From positions 1 to 25,107 of IMG/VR virus record IMGVR_UViG_3300004369_000682: 25,107 nt of DNA. One strand, written 5' to 3'. Below, in pieces: positions 1 through 9,260 of this stretch; positions within the stretch are counted from its first letter, which is position 1; every line of letters begins with the position of its first letter. The notes beneath the pieces were generated by a model, which made no database searches, was not told the origin of the DNA, and worked only from the letters and a program-made list of their open reading frames with translations. Origin of the DNA: a virus. Its lineage: Duplodnaviria > Caudoviricetes. The translations under genes and the position numbers were made by a program.

Positions 1-55
1 GATCCACGGCATTACTGGCAATATCTGTTGCTGTACCTTTTACTTTAAGTAGCAT
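1..55 (-). CDS. 5' part of a hypothetical protein downstream of gp16 (runs off the window)
   Basis: The ATG at 55-53 overlaps the gp16 stop (TAATG coupling). The frame is open to the window edge: MLLKVKGTATDIASNAVD. Confidence 0.6.
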   Translation of the reverse strand, partial: MLLKVKGTATDIASNAVD

Positions 56-492
56 TACTCTCCTGACTCTTCTTTCTTATTTATCTGCTTGAGCATTTTT
101 TGAAGGTCTGCTGTACTACCCACAAACAGATTGTTAGTGGTGTTGTTAGTCTCGCGTTTGGTGGGTGCCTCAAGATCCTTCATCTTCTTCTGTAGATCAA
201 TCAGTTTGTCAGTGGTGTCTGCAACCTGCTTCATGGCGTTCACAGCGACTTCATACGCTCTGGGGTGCCCTGACTCCTGTGCGACCTCTAATGCCCCGTT
301 GAGCGCCTCCTGACCCTTGTCTATGAGGTTGTATAATTGTGCTCTTGAATATTCATAGTCTTTACTTTGATCATCCTTGTCCTCTTTCTTGGGGACAGGC
401 TTTGATGGTTTAGATTCTTCGACTGGTTCAATGTCTGTAGTTTCAACTTCGATATCGAAGATATCTTCCATGTTCTTTTCAAATTCGTTCAT
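55..492 (-). CDS. gp16: Terminase small subunit (T4 gp16-like)
   Basis: 145 aa with DYEYSRAQLYNLIDKGQEAL, HPRAYEV and NNLFVGSTADLQKML, typical of T4-like gp16. It follows gp13-gp14-gp15. Confidence 0.93.
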   Translation of the reverse strand: MNEFEKNMEDIFDIEVETTDIEPVEESKPSKPVPKKEDKDDQSKDYEYSRAQLYNLIDKGQEALNGALEVAQESGHPRAYEVAVNAMKQVADTTDKLIDLQKKMKDLEAPTKRETNNTTNNLFVGSTADLQKMLKQINKKEESGE

Positions 493-1292
493 AGCAATTC
501 AATCCCCTCGTTAAATCCAAAGTCATCTGTACTAATAACCAGTGCATCATCAGCAGCATCGATAACACCATCATTGTTTTTATCTTCCAATGCTTTTGGT
601 GTGTATGTAAGTGCAACTTCTCGTTTGTTCTTATCTGGGTCTCCAATTGATTCGTATACAGTTGCCTTCTTGATAAGACCACTGTTGCTGTAAGGACCGT
701 AGATGTAAGACTTGGCGGTGAAGTTAAGAATCCAAGTAATAAATCTTCTGTTTAAGAAATCACCATCCCAATCATCCTCATGATTGATTCCGTTGAGAAT
801 GATAGAGATATCTTTCTTCTCGTTCATATCACTGATCATGTTGACTGTGATATTAAAGTTAGGTTGGAAGTATGGTAAGATCTGCTCAAGAATTTGCAAA
901 CCATCATCTTGTGATTTTGAGATGATGCCTAACTCGAACTCCATATTATATGGAACAGGAACATACTGCATCTTGATTTCAGTTCCATCATCACTGATGA
1001 CTGTTTTATATTTCTGTGTAGGTGCAGTTTTCCTCGCACCATCATAGTTAATACCAGTCATTTCAAAGTAGAGACGTGGTAGTGTAATAGCGACTTTCTT
1101 GTCAACGTCAGGATTCTGCTCAAGACGTGTCAAGAATTTATTCTTGGGACCATAAGCCAAAGGAACTTTCTCTGCTTCAATCACATCACCAGTTGATGGA
1201 TCAAATTTCCTGACTTCGATATTATTGAATAATGTTCCGAAACCGATTACTGTTTTTCTAATCGCCTCGTTATAAAAATGTGGACCTAACAT
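489..1292 (-). CDS. gp15: Tail sheath stabiliser / tail completion protein (T4 gp15-like)
   Basis: Motifs FYNEAIRKTVIGFGTLFNNI, KVPLAYGPK, ITLPRLYFEM, PVPYN and QILEQILPYFQP; synteny with gp14 and gp16. Confidence 0.95.
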   Translation of the reverse strand: MLGPHFYNEAIRKTVIGFGTLFNNIEVRKFDPSTGDVIEAEKVPLAYGPKNKFLTRLEQNPDVDKKVAITLPRLYFEMTGINYDGARKTAPTQKYKTVISDDGTEIKMQYVPVPYNMEFELGIISKSQDDGLQILEQILPYFQPNFNITVNMISDMNEKKDISIILNGINHEDDWDGDFLNRRFITWILNFTAKSYIYGPYSNSGLIKKATVYESIGDPDKNKREVALTYTPKALEDKNNDGVIDAADDALVISTDDFGFNEGIELL

Positions 1293-2173
1293 CAGAACTC
1301 ACCAGTTACTTTACCATACTCACCGAATGGATTCTTCTCGGTGAAGTCGAGAAGATCATCAGCTGTTGTTTCAATATATTTATTGTCGGCATACTCAACG
1401 TTTTCTAGTGTCAAGTTATCGACATTAACGCTGTCTTGGACAACGCCACTTTCAGATCCAGTGATGGTCTCTCCAGGGGTAAAGTTACCGTTTCTATTGA
1501 TAAGTGTAAGGGTATGATTATCTCTATCCCAGAAGGATACTTCAGCAGTTGTGCCAGTAGTTCCACCAGTTACAGTTTCACCCCGAATGTAGTGTGTTGT
1601 AGCCGCTGGATCCATGTCAATAGTAATAGAAGGAGCAAAGATTTCTTCAATCTCGTCAATCTCTTCAATACCAGTTTCGAACTCATCGTTGCCAAGCTCA
1701 TAGATCTCGGCAGTCATTGTGTAGATATAGTTTTTACCTAATTGATAGAATGGTGCTTCTCTTTCTACAAACTTGATCTCATACAAATCTTCTGTAAGTG
1801 GTAGATAGATAAGGTCTCCCTCGTTAGGTCTGCCATCTACAGTAGTGATATCAGCAAACTCTTGGAATACTTGACTCCATCTGTTCTGCGAGACAACCAT
1901 TGTAATCTCGTCAGTGATACGCAAACCAAACTTGCTGATAAATTCTGATGGTGCTGATCCAAAACCCTCTACATTGATCAGCAGCATCTCGATCATGTAT
2001 TGAGTCTTAAACTCTGAATACAATACATCATTGAGAGGAATATCTTTAATCATCTTCCGTGGAAGATAATAGACATCACTACCGAACAGTCTAATCTGTT
2101 CGTCAACTAAACTTTGGATAAGGTTTTGCTCGGTATTGACACCACCGTGCTGTGGAAAATAGATACTCTTCAT
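1292..2173 (-). CDS. gp14: Neck protein (T4 gp14-like)
   Basis: Motifs EQNLIQSLVDEQIRLFGSDVYYLPR, SKFGL, RPNEGDLIY, FVEREAPFYQLGK and the C-terminal DFTEKNPFG. Confidence 0.95.
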   Translation of the reverse strand: MKSIYFPQHGGVNTEQNLIQSLVDEQIRLFGSDVYYLPRKMIKDIPLNDVLYSEFKTQYMIEMLLINVEGFGSAPSEFISKFGLRITDEITMVVSQNRWSQVFQEFADITTVDGRPNEGDLIYLPLTEDLYEIKFVEREAPFYQLGKNYIYTMTAEIYELGNDEFETGIEEIDEIEEIFAPSITIDMDPAATTHYIRGETVTGGTTGTTAEVSFWDRDNHTLTLINRNGNFTPGETITGSESGVVQDSVNVDNLTLENVEYADNKYIETTADDLLDFTEKNPFGEYGKVTGEF

Positions 2174-3000
2174 CCGATCATATCCATTGGGGGAAGTTCA
2201 TAATAGGTTGAGCTCTTCTCCATGAGAGCATCAATCTCTTTCTGTGCATCCTCAAACAACTGTCTTCCATTCAGCGACACGCCACCAGGCAGTTGTACGT
2301 TGTTAAACTTGATTAGATTCTGACCCCACTGTCTCTTAATTAGTGCAGTTAAGTATTGCTTGACAAAGCTATCATTGTAGACTTGAGTGTAATCATCTGG
2401 GTTCAGATAACGATAACATTCGATCAGAAGATAGTTACCTTCAGCCAATCTTGACTGATCAATATCAATGAACAGACGATCCTGTCTCTGGTTAAATCTA
2501 AACTGGACTAAAGCTCCAGTGTTGACAACCATGTCGAGAGTCTCGAAGTATTGACGAATCATAAAGTAGTTCGTCATGTCAAAGTTTCCAAAAGCAAATC
2601 CTGACGAGAAAGAAAAGATATCCATCAGGAAGTATTGGTTACTCAATCCAAATAGATCATTGCGAACCCAGTTGGAAGAGACACCAAATACTTTTGAGAT
2701 CCCAACTACATGCTCTGGAATCTCAATAAAATTATTTCTATTCACCCATGTCGCTGCATCGGGAGCGAGCGTCGATGTTGTTTCGTTAGAAGATTCAAAT
2801 CGTGTTACATCATCTGCTGTAATCTCATGCTTGAGATACATCTTTTCAACGCCATCAAAATGACGCTCTCTATAGTATTGGAAAGCGTCATCAATTAAGT
2901 CATCCAGCTGATCATCATCTACGTTGATTTCAAGAACTGGATGACCTAAACGCCTCAAGCAATACTCTTTAAGTTCTGCTCTCGATGCGGGTTCTGCCAT
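2170..3000 (-). CDS. gp13: Neck protein (T4 gp13-like)
   Basis: Motifs ELKEYCLRRLGHPVLEINVDDDQ, HFDG and KRQWGQNLIKF..VQLPGGVSLNG. Confidence 0.96.
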   Translation of the reverse strand: MAEPASRAELKEYCLRRLGHPVLEINVDDDQLDDLIDDAFQYYRERHFDGVEKMYLKHEITADDVTRFESSNETTSTLAPDAATWVNRNNFIEIPEHVVGISKVFGVSSNWVRNDLFGLSNQYFLMDIFSFSSGFAFGNFDMTNYFMIRQYFETLDMVVNTGALVQFRFNQRQDRLFIDIDQSRLAEGNYLLIECYRYLNPDDYTQVYNDSFVKQYLTALIKRQWGQNLIKFNNVQLPGGVSLNGRQLFEDAQKEIDALMEKSSTYYELPPMDMIG

Positions 3001-3010
3001 TAGTTACTCC

Positions 3011-6000
3011 TTATGCCTGTGCTTCTGACCAGCGAACGTTAATCGTTGCATTAATTGGATTACCAGAAGTTAGGTATGCGTTGATTGCCAGTACGTCTGG
3101 TCCATTGGGGAATGTACCTCTACCTCCGATTGGGGTGTTGGTAAGTTCCTTAAGTTCGGACAGATCGATAGAGTCTCTGTTTCCAGGTGATGCGGTAAAC
3201 GCAAATACCTGTTCGCCAGGAATCGCTGCACCAGTCAGTGGTTCGAATGTATATGTTGTTGTACCTGCGTTACCAGCTCTAGTTCTGTCAGAGAACTGAA
3301 TCCATGTTGTGCTGCTGTTTCTTCTGAAGATGTTAACAACCGTAGTACCTCCTCTCAAGTCACCACCAGTAACAGACCAACCGATCTGCACACCACCGAT
3401 GTCTGATGTATTGAAGAAGACATAGTTAGAAGAGTAGTTCTGGGTTCCAGCGTTAGTAGCAGAAATTGGAGCAGTACCACCAATAAAGGTAATATCACCA
3501 CCAGATGCAATCTGTGCGAATGATGGTTGTCCACCAGCACCGCCAGTGTTCAAGCCTGCCCAAGTAACGTCGTTTGGATTAGTTGGGTAGTTCTTGGGAT
3601 TAAGAACACCCTCAATAATGACTCCCTGTGTGGTAGAACCACCCTGTGTGGTAATCTCAAGATTCTTGAGAAGCAACTGTGCTCTGTTGATCAATTCTCT
3701 TTCGCCAAGATCTCCAGTGATTGCGTTTGAAACACTGGGTGATAGACGAATCAAGAACAGAGTAGTTTTTGTAGTTGTGATTTCAATTTCTTTTTCTTGA
3801 TAGTTAAAGAGATAACCACGGTCTTCATCGAATCCGCCATCAGTCAGGAATGCAGAACCCCAGTGATTAATCTGTGGAGTTGCGGTATTTGTCAGTAGAA
3901 TAACACCAGTATTTACAGTGTGTACTGCAGCTTCACCTGCTGTATAAGATCTTTGAGATCCAGCAGCAAAGTTTGTGAATGTTGCTGCTCTAGTCAATCC
4001 TGTTAATGTACTGTTTTGCTTATTAGTGTATCTAATAATTTCATTGTTGATTAAAACAGTTCCACTGTTGGGGAACAATTCGGATCCAGTAGATTGTAAT
4101 TGTAAACTATCAGTTTCTGTGGATGTTAATAAAGCATTGAGTCTTCCTCTAGCACCTTCATTAATAACCTCGTAGCGAACGGGGAGGTTACCAGAACGCA
4201 TAAATGCTTCATTGTTTCTGTTGTTATTTTTCAGTCTATGTAAGAAGATAAAGTTACCAGAAGGACCACGTAGCATCCAGTCAATAAATCCAGCACCATA
4301 CCATGTGTATTGGAATCCAATCATCTGCATTCTGTTGATCTCGATGTTGTAACCAGACTTACCAATTCCATCACACTTATCAATATTCCATCTATCTTGC
4401 GGAATAATAATTTCTTTAGTCAATGCGGCTTTAACATTAACTGCAGGAGCAACACCCCTGAAGTCGGGATTTACAAAGAGTCTGGTATCATTATCAATTT
4501 TTGTGACGACGTGGGTCATTCCGCGAATAACAATTCTCTGACCAACAGACAACTGCTCTGTGAATTTGGTGTTAGAACCAATAATCGTGTTTAAGTTTGG
4601 TTGAGCAGTCACAGTTCCTGCAATTTGGAATGTAGAAGATCTCAAACCTACAGCAAGGTTTGTACCATCATACTGGAAGAAAATACCATTCTGATCATCA
4701 AATGCACCAGCACGAACAGTAGCACCTTTCCATCTGTAGAGAGCTACTGTTGGTTGATCTCCAAATGCCGCTTCTGTGAGTGCCAAAGGTTGTTGTGCAA
4801 TAACAGTAAACGTAATTTCATCTACAATTGATGCAACTGTATAATGATTATTATAACCAGGGGTGTTTAATCCCAAAAGTTGAACTTCTGCACCTACTTG
4901 AAGACCGTGATTGAGGTCATCCGTAACAACAGTAATAATACTGCCAACTGTAGTTCCATCAGCGGTTACAGATCTCAAGTCATATGAAGGTGCAAACAAA
5001 GCACCAGTGGTATACATGATACCTTTACCAGATTGATATCTAATGTATTTTTTAGATTGACGAACCGACTGGGCTCCATGTGCAGGAGATCCCGTTCCTA
5101 ACTGTACGCCACCATCAAAAGGTCTGTGGGTGTAGAAGCAGTCTGTTCTTGGATAAACCCTACCAGTTAATCCTGTAGACACAGTTCCAGTAGATCTAAC
5201 TACGTATGCAAGTTGATTGAGAGCAGGAACTTCGTCTACAAAGAACGGACCAGATGCTAAATCATGTCCAGATCCATTTGAAGTAATCGCGCAAAGAATA
5301 GTGTCGCCAGGAACTAAACCATGGTTTGATTGGAACTCAACAAGAATTTTTGCGATAGCCGCATATGTAATATTAGTAGCATTTCCAATCACGTTAGATG
5401 TGGAAGAACTCAAAGAAATTGCTGGGAAGAATGCAATCGAATCTCCAGAGACTGGAGTACCAGCAGCAGTAATTTCTGTAATAGATCCAGCGTCGTTTAC
5501 GTTTGTAACAGTAATTGTGAGATCATTTGTTGGCGAAGTACCACCAAGAGACACACCAGGAATATTGAATTGATAACCAATTTTATATCCTTCTCCAGAT
5601 GCACTAATTTCTGGTTGATATGAGGAGCTAATAATTCTTGGTAGGAATAAAGCATTAAATGCAGTTGGGTTTGCTACGTAATTAATGTAAATTTGGTTAC
5701 CATCCCAAGGAGTTCCTGAAGTTGTAATTCCTGTGATGCCACCAGAAGCGTTAACTGTCTGCACTGTAATGGTTAAGTCATTTACAGTATCAGTACCGCC
5801 AAGTTGAGATCCTAGAATTGTAATTGTATCTAGGTTTGCATATCCAGAACCTGGATTTGAAACATTTACATTATAAGCAGGAGTTGTTGACGAAGATTCA
5901 TTTGGAGTAACATTTTGTGTGGTTAAAGTTTGAGTATCGGCTGGGTTTCCGCCAGCATCTTCTGTCAATACAGAGCATGTAAATCCAGTTCCAGGTACTA

Positions 6001-8029
6001 ATGCAGTAATTAATAATGTTGAACTATCTGCTCCAGTTCCAGCATAAACAGTAGTTGACGATGCGTTGATAGCATCGATAATACCATTTCTTACACCTGT
6101 AATAGTATCTCCAGATTGAGCTGTATAAGAGTATGTATTACTACCATCAATAGTTACGCCGAAAACATCATTTACCTCAATAGTACCACCAACCACAACT
6201 TCATCTACTTGAGCAGTTGATTGACCAGTACCAATTCTTTCGACTGTAAATGAAGAGTTGAATCCTGTTCCAGAAGTAGAAGATTGCTCTACACTATTGT
6301 ATGTAGAACTGGATGAAATTGCTACGCCAGTTGCACTGAATGTTGCGATTTCTCCATTAGCTCCAACTGTATCAATATGAATAGTGAGATCATTTATTGG
6401 AGAAGTTCCCCCAAGAGCATTACCGTAAATTACTAGATCTTCGCCAGCAAAATAACCTTGACCAGCATTTTGTTGTGCATTTGACGCAGTTCCATTAACA
6501 GTGAAAGTTAAAATTTCACCAATGGACCCTACAGTTTGAATTGTAATTGCCAGATCATTAATTCCATCAGTGCCTCCAAGATCACTACCTAAAATAGTAA
6601 TAACTTCTGTAGCGGAGTAATCTTGACCAGTGCTACCTAAAAATATATTGGCATAAGATGGTGATGCTCCACCAACTCTCTCTACATTAAATGTAGCTCC
6701 AGTGCCAAGTCCAGCATAAGTATAGTTGCTGATATTATTATAGAAATTTTGTGGGTTGATGATTACTGTGGAATAAGATCCATTCTCTCTAGTAACATCA
6801 AATGACGCACCACTTCCTTGCCCGAAATTAATAGTGGATCCTCCTGTTGGTTGTGAAATAAAGCTGTTACCAGTTTTACTTACAGTATATGGAGAAGATA
6901 AAGTAACCGTAGTTCCTTCGATATTAGTTACATAGATGGTAGTGCCATCTCCATTATCTAATGCAGCACCAACTTCGATAGTAGATGTATCGTTGAAAAC
7001 AATTTCTGATACTGGAGCTGTAAAACTATTTGTGATGTTTAGAGTTGAATCTACATCAATAACTGCTGTTACCTGCGTTCCCGATGGAATTCCTAATCCA
7101 GTAAGAGGAGCACCAATAGGAGGTAATACAGAAGAAGTAGAAACACCTAGTCTAGTAGATCCAGAATTAGTTGATCCTCTTGTTAGAAAACTACCACTAG
7201 CACCTTGAGACTCTACTGTAAATGATGGGGAGTTTCCAATTTCTGCGCCAGTATAGAAACCAGCTTCTTTAACAACCGTAAATGTACTTCTTAATTGTGT
7301 AGCAGGAGAAGTTCCTACCTTTGCTTTTGCGTAATATCTAAATTGTGTTCCACTAGGAACGGAGTCAATAATAAATGACCCTTCTGCCTTCGAGAAACCA
7401 ATGACAGAATCATCCAAACCTTTGACAGATACTGGATCACCAACTACCAAGTTATGATCAAGAACGGTATCTACAGTGATTAAAGAAGGACCAATACCAC
7501 CAGAGCCTTGAGAAGCATCTGTTACAATGTTAAGGATAGCAATATCAGAACCAGGAACTTCGTAGATAGATGGATACCCGCGCAACAAGTCAAGAGACTG
7601 CCACTTGGTTGGCTGAATACCATACTCAAAGTCAGCGTCAATCATTGATTGAGGTGCCGCAAACCTCATACGTTCAATAGCATCAGTGCCGAAATCATAT
7701 GGACGCATCTTCTGCTCTTCCGCTTCGACAAAGATTTGAATCTTATCGGTAGATGCGTGTGAAGATGTATCATATAAAAATGTAATAGTAGTTACGCCAT
7801 TTGAAAGCGTATTACTATATGGAAAATCAGGATCAGATCCATCTGATGTAGACGTAAACTCCGTTGAAATTGGTAAGTTTGGATCGCTGAAATTATATAA
7901 GAAGATATTCTTGGTGGAATTCGTGATCAATAGAATCTGATCAACATCTACCTTATCAAGGACTTTCAGTGTGCCGACACCAGCGATACCTGGGGAGAAT
8001 ACATAGTCTCTAATTTGTCGTTTTGCCAT
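3011..8029 (-). CDS. Large virion structural protein (fibre/baseplate-associated, cyanomyophage type), 1672 aa
   Basis: Long G/T/S-rich beta-type ORF with blocks QSMIDADFEYGIQPTKW, HRPFDGGV, RQSKKYIRYQSGKG, WYGAG, MRSGNLPVRYEV, HWGSA and a C-terminal WSEAQA. Has internal LGG..NDL repeats, a GGAG RBS upstream, and lies directly before gp13. Confidence 0.8.
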   Translation of the reverse strand: MAKRQIRDYVFSPGIAGVGTLKVLDKVDVDQILLITNSTKNIFLYNFSDPNLPISTEFTSTSDGSDPDFPYSNTLSNGVTTITFLYDTSSHASTDKIQIFVEAEEQKMRPYDFGTDAIERMRFAAPQSMIDADFEYGIQPTKWQSLDLLRGYPSIYEVPGSDIAILNIVTDASQGSGGIGPSLITVDTVLDHNLVVGDPVSVKGLDDSVIGFSKAEGSFIIDSVPSGTQFRYYAKAKVGTSPATQLRSTFTVVKEAGFYTGAEIGNSPSFTVESQGASGSFLTRGSTNSGSTRLGVSTSSVLPPIGAPLTGLGIPSGTQVTAVIDVDSTLNITNSFTAPVSEIVFNDTSTIEVGAALDNGDGTTIYVTNIEGTTVTLSSPYTVSKTGNSFISQPTGGSTINFGQGSGASFDVTRENGSYSTVIINPQNFYNNISNYTYAGLGTGATFNVERVGGASPSYANIFLGSTGQDYSATEVITILGSDLGGTDGINDLAITIQTVGSIGEILTFTVNGTASNAQQNAGQGYFAGEDLVIYGNALGGTSPINDLTIHIDTVGANGEIATFSATGVAISSSSTYNSVEQSSTSGTGFNSSFTVERIGTGQSTAQVDEVVVGGTIEVNDVFGVTIDGSNTYSYTAQSGDTITGVRNGIIDAINASSTTVYAGTGADSSTLLITALVPGTGFTCSVLTEDAGGNPADTQTLTTQNVTPNESSSTTPAYNVNVSNPGSGYANLDTITILGSQLGGTDTVNDLTITVQTVNASGGITGITTSGTPWDGNQIYINYVANPTAFNALFLPRIISSSYQPEISASGEGYKIGYQFNIPGVSLGGTSPTNDLTITVTNVNDAGSITEITAAGTPVSGDSIAFFPAISLSSSTSNVIGNATNITYAAIAKILVEFQSNHGLVPGDTILCAITSNGSGHDLASGPFFVDEVPALNQLAYVVRSTGTVSTGLTGRVYPRTDCFYTHRPFDGGVQLGTGSPAHGAQSVRQSKKYIRYQSGKGIMYTTGALFAPSYDLRSVTADGTTVGSIITVVTDDLNHGLQVGAEVQLLGLNTPGYNNHYTVASIVDEITFTVIAQQPLALTEAAFGDQPTVALYRWKGATVRAGAFDDQNGIFFQYDGTNLAVGLRSSTFQIAGTVTAQPNLNTIIGSNTKFTEQLSVGQRIVIRGMTHVVTKIDNDTRLFVNPDFRGVAPAVNVKAALTKEIIIPQDRWNIDKCDGIGKSGYNIEINRMQMIGFQYTWYGAGFIDWMLRGPSGNFIFLHRLKNNNRNNEAFMRSGNLPVRYEVINEGARGRLNALLTSTETDSLQLQSTGSELFPNSGTVLINNEIIRYTNKQNSTLTGLTRAATFTNFAAGSQRSYTAGEAAVHTVNTGVILLTNTATPQINHWGSAFLTDGGFDEDRGYLFNYQEKEIEITTTKTTLFLIRLSPSVSNAITGDLGERELINRAQLLLKNLEITTQGGSTTQGVIIEGVLNPKNYPTNPNDVTWAGLNTGGAGGQPSFAQIASGGDITFIGGTAPISATNAGTQNYSSNYVFFNTSDIGGVQIGWSVTGGDLRGGTTVVNIFRRNSSTTWIQFSDRTRAGNAGTTTYTFEPLTGAAIPGEQVFAFTASPGNRDSIDLSELKELTNTPIGGRGTFPNGPDVLAINAYLTSGNPINATINVRWSEAQA
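5500..6600 (-). repeat. Four degenerate protein-level repeats (G-x-x-LGGT-x-x-x-NDL-x-I) in the 1672-aa protein; coordinates approximate
   Basis: ILGSDLGGTDGINDLAITIQTV, IYGNALGGTSPINDLTIHIDTV, ILGSQLGGTDTVNDLTITVQTV and IPGVSLGGTSPTNDLTITVTNV. Confidence 0.85.
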
Positions 8030-8044
8030 TTATAAACTCCGTTA

Positions 8045-9205
8045 TTATCCTAGTGCGATAGAGAATGCTACAACTTTACTATCGACGTACCTACGATTAG
8101 TCGCGTCCGTCGCGGCAGATGGATCTGCCAGATTCGTTACTTTATTATTTAGAAGATTCAAGTTGCCTCCAAAACCTCCTTGGAGGTCTAGAGTACCAGC
8201 TACAGTAAGGTTTCCTGTACTAGAGTCAACAACTAATTTGTTGTTTCCTACAACAAGATCCCCAGAGGTGGTGACTGACGAAGAAATCAAAGAACCTGAA
8301 GTGAGAATATTTCCTGTTGTATCTGAAATGGAAGCAAGAGTGCTTCCTTCTTCTCCAGAAGATTTAATTGATAATGGACCAGTTAGAACTAAAGGAGCCG
8401 ATGCTGCTGTCGTGCCAATAGATAATGTTTTTTCGGATACAACAGGTTCTTTAAAGAGAGAAGTTCCTCTAACTTCTAACTCTGATCTTAATAAAGAATT
8501 CCCACCAACATCTAAATCACCAGCAACAGTAAAGTCTGTACTAACTACAGAATAATTAAATTTAGCATATACCGAAAATGCTAAATCTGGATTATCCGAA
8601 TAGGCAACAATAGATTGATTACCACGTACTTTAATCTCCGTTCTCTGATACGAAGTTCTTGGTACAATGTCGGTATTGTATTCAATATATTGGTCTGTAG
8701 TAATAGAAGATCCTGCGTTTTCATCGCTAATGGCAATTCTAAATCTTCCATTTGATGGACCTTGATTAGAAACAAAAAGACTCAATAGAGCTTCATCATT
8801 ATCTGGAACTGTATATAATACTGTATTTGTTTTTGGAGTTAATTTTGCTGCAGCTACAAAACCTGTATCAGTTGGATCATCCTGAACCTGACCATGAATA
8901 ACAAAATTAGTTGAAGGAGAATCTGCCCAAACTACCAGACTCTGTTCATTGCCGTAATAAATGAAATCACTTTCATAACTTTGTCCCTCCGCAATTTGGT
9001 AATCGTAGAGAATATAATTTTCTGGATTGAATTGAGTGATGCCACCAGATGACACACCGATTCTAATCCTCACTGGGTAAGGATCTCTGTGAGTTGCTGC
9101 GATTTTACCTTCTACAACTTTACCAACAGGTGCGGTGTGAAGAACTTCTCTTGTTTTTAACGCTGGAACAAGAGACGCTAAATAACCAAAAGTGGGATTA
9201 GACAT
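8045..9205 (-). CDS. Virion/fibre protein: two tandem ~105-aa beta domains, a short shaft and a C-terminal AFSIALG helix
   Basis: The two N-terminal repeats resemble the 106-aa protein at 19244-19564. KVTNLADPSAATDATNRRYVD is a typical trimeric fibre/YadA-stalk motif. A late promoter lies upstream. Confidence 0.75.
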   Translation of the reverse strand: MSNPTFGYLASLVPALKTREVLHTAPVGKVVEGKIAATHRDPYPVRIRIGVSSGGITQFNPENYILYDYQIAEGQSYESDFIYYGNEQSLVVWADSPSTNFVIHGQVQDDPTDTGFVAAAKLTPKTNTVLYTVPDNDEALLSLFVSNQGPSNGRFRIAISDENAGSSITTDQYIEYNTDIVPRTSYQRTEIKVRGNQSIVAYSDNPDLAFSVYAKFNYSVVSTDFTVAGDLDVGGNSLLRSELEVRGTSLFKEPVVSEKTLSIGTTAASAPLVLTGPLSIKSSGEEGSTLASISDTTGNILTSGSLISSSVTTSGDLVVGNNKLVVDSSTGNLTVAGTLDLQGGFGGNLNLLNNKVTNLADPSAATDATNRRYVDSKVVAFSIALG

Positions 9206-9229
9206 CTTGTCGTCGCTATAGTCCTTTTA

Positions 9230-9238
9230 TGTTATACT
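9230..9238 (+). promoter_or_regulatory. Putative extended -10 sigma70-type promoter for hldD
   Basis: TGTTATACT (TGn-TATACT) ends 22 nt before the ATG at 9261. It is the only obvious promoter candidate for the lone plus-strand gene. Confidence 0.45.
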
Positions 9239-9246
9239 TATTTATA
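9239..9246 (-). promoter_or_regulatory. T4-type late promoter TATAAATA
   Basis: The plus strand reads tatttata. It is intergenic, about 33 nt upstream of the structural gene starting at 9205. Confidence 0.8.
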
Positions 9247-9260
9247 CCGTCGTAATTAGC

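Noticed and set aside
8027-8034. TATAAATG as a late promoter for the 1672-aa gene
   Set aside because: It is a mismatch to consensus and overlaps the start codon downstream of the GGAG RBS, so it cannot produce this gene's mRNA.
131-8775. Short antisense or alternative-frame ORFs inside gp13-gp16 and the large structural genes
   Set aside because: They overlap well-supported genes almost entirely and have no recognisable motifs.
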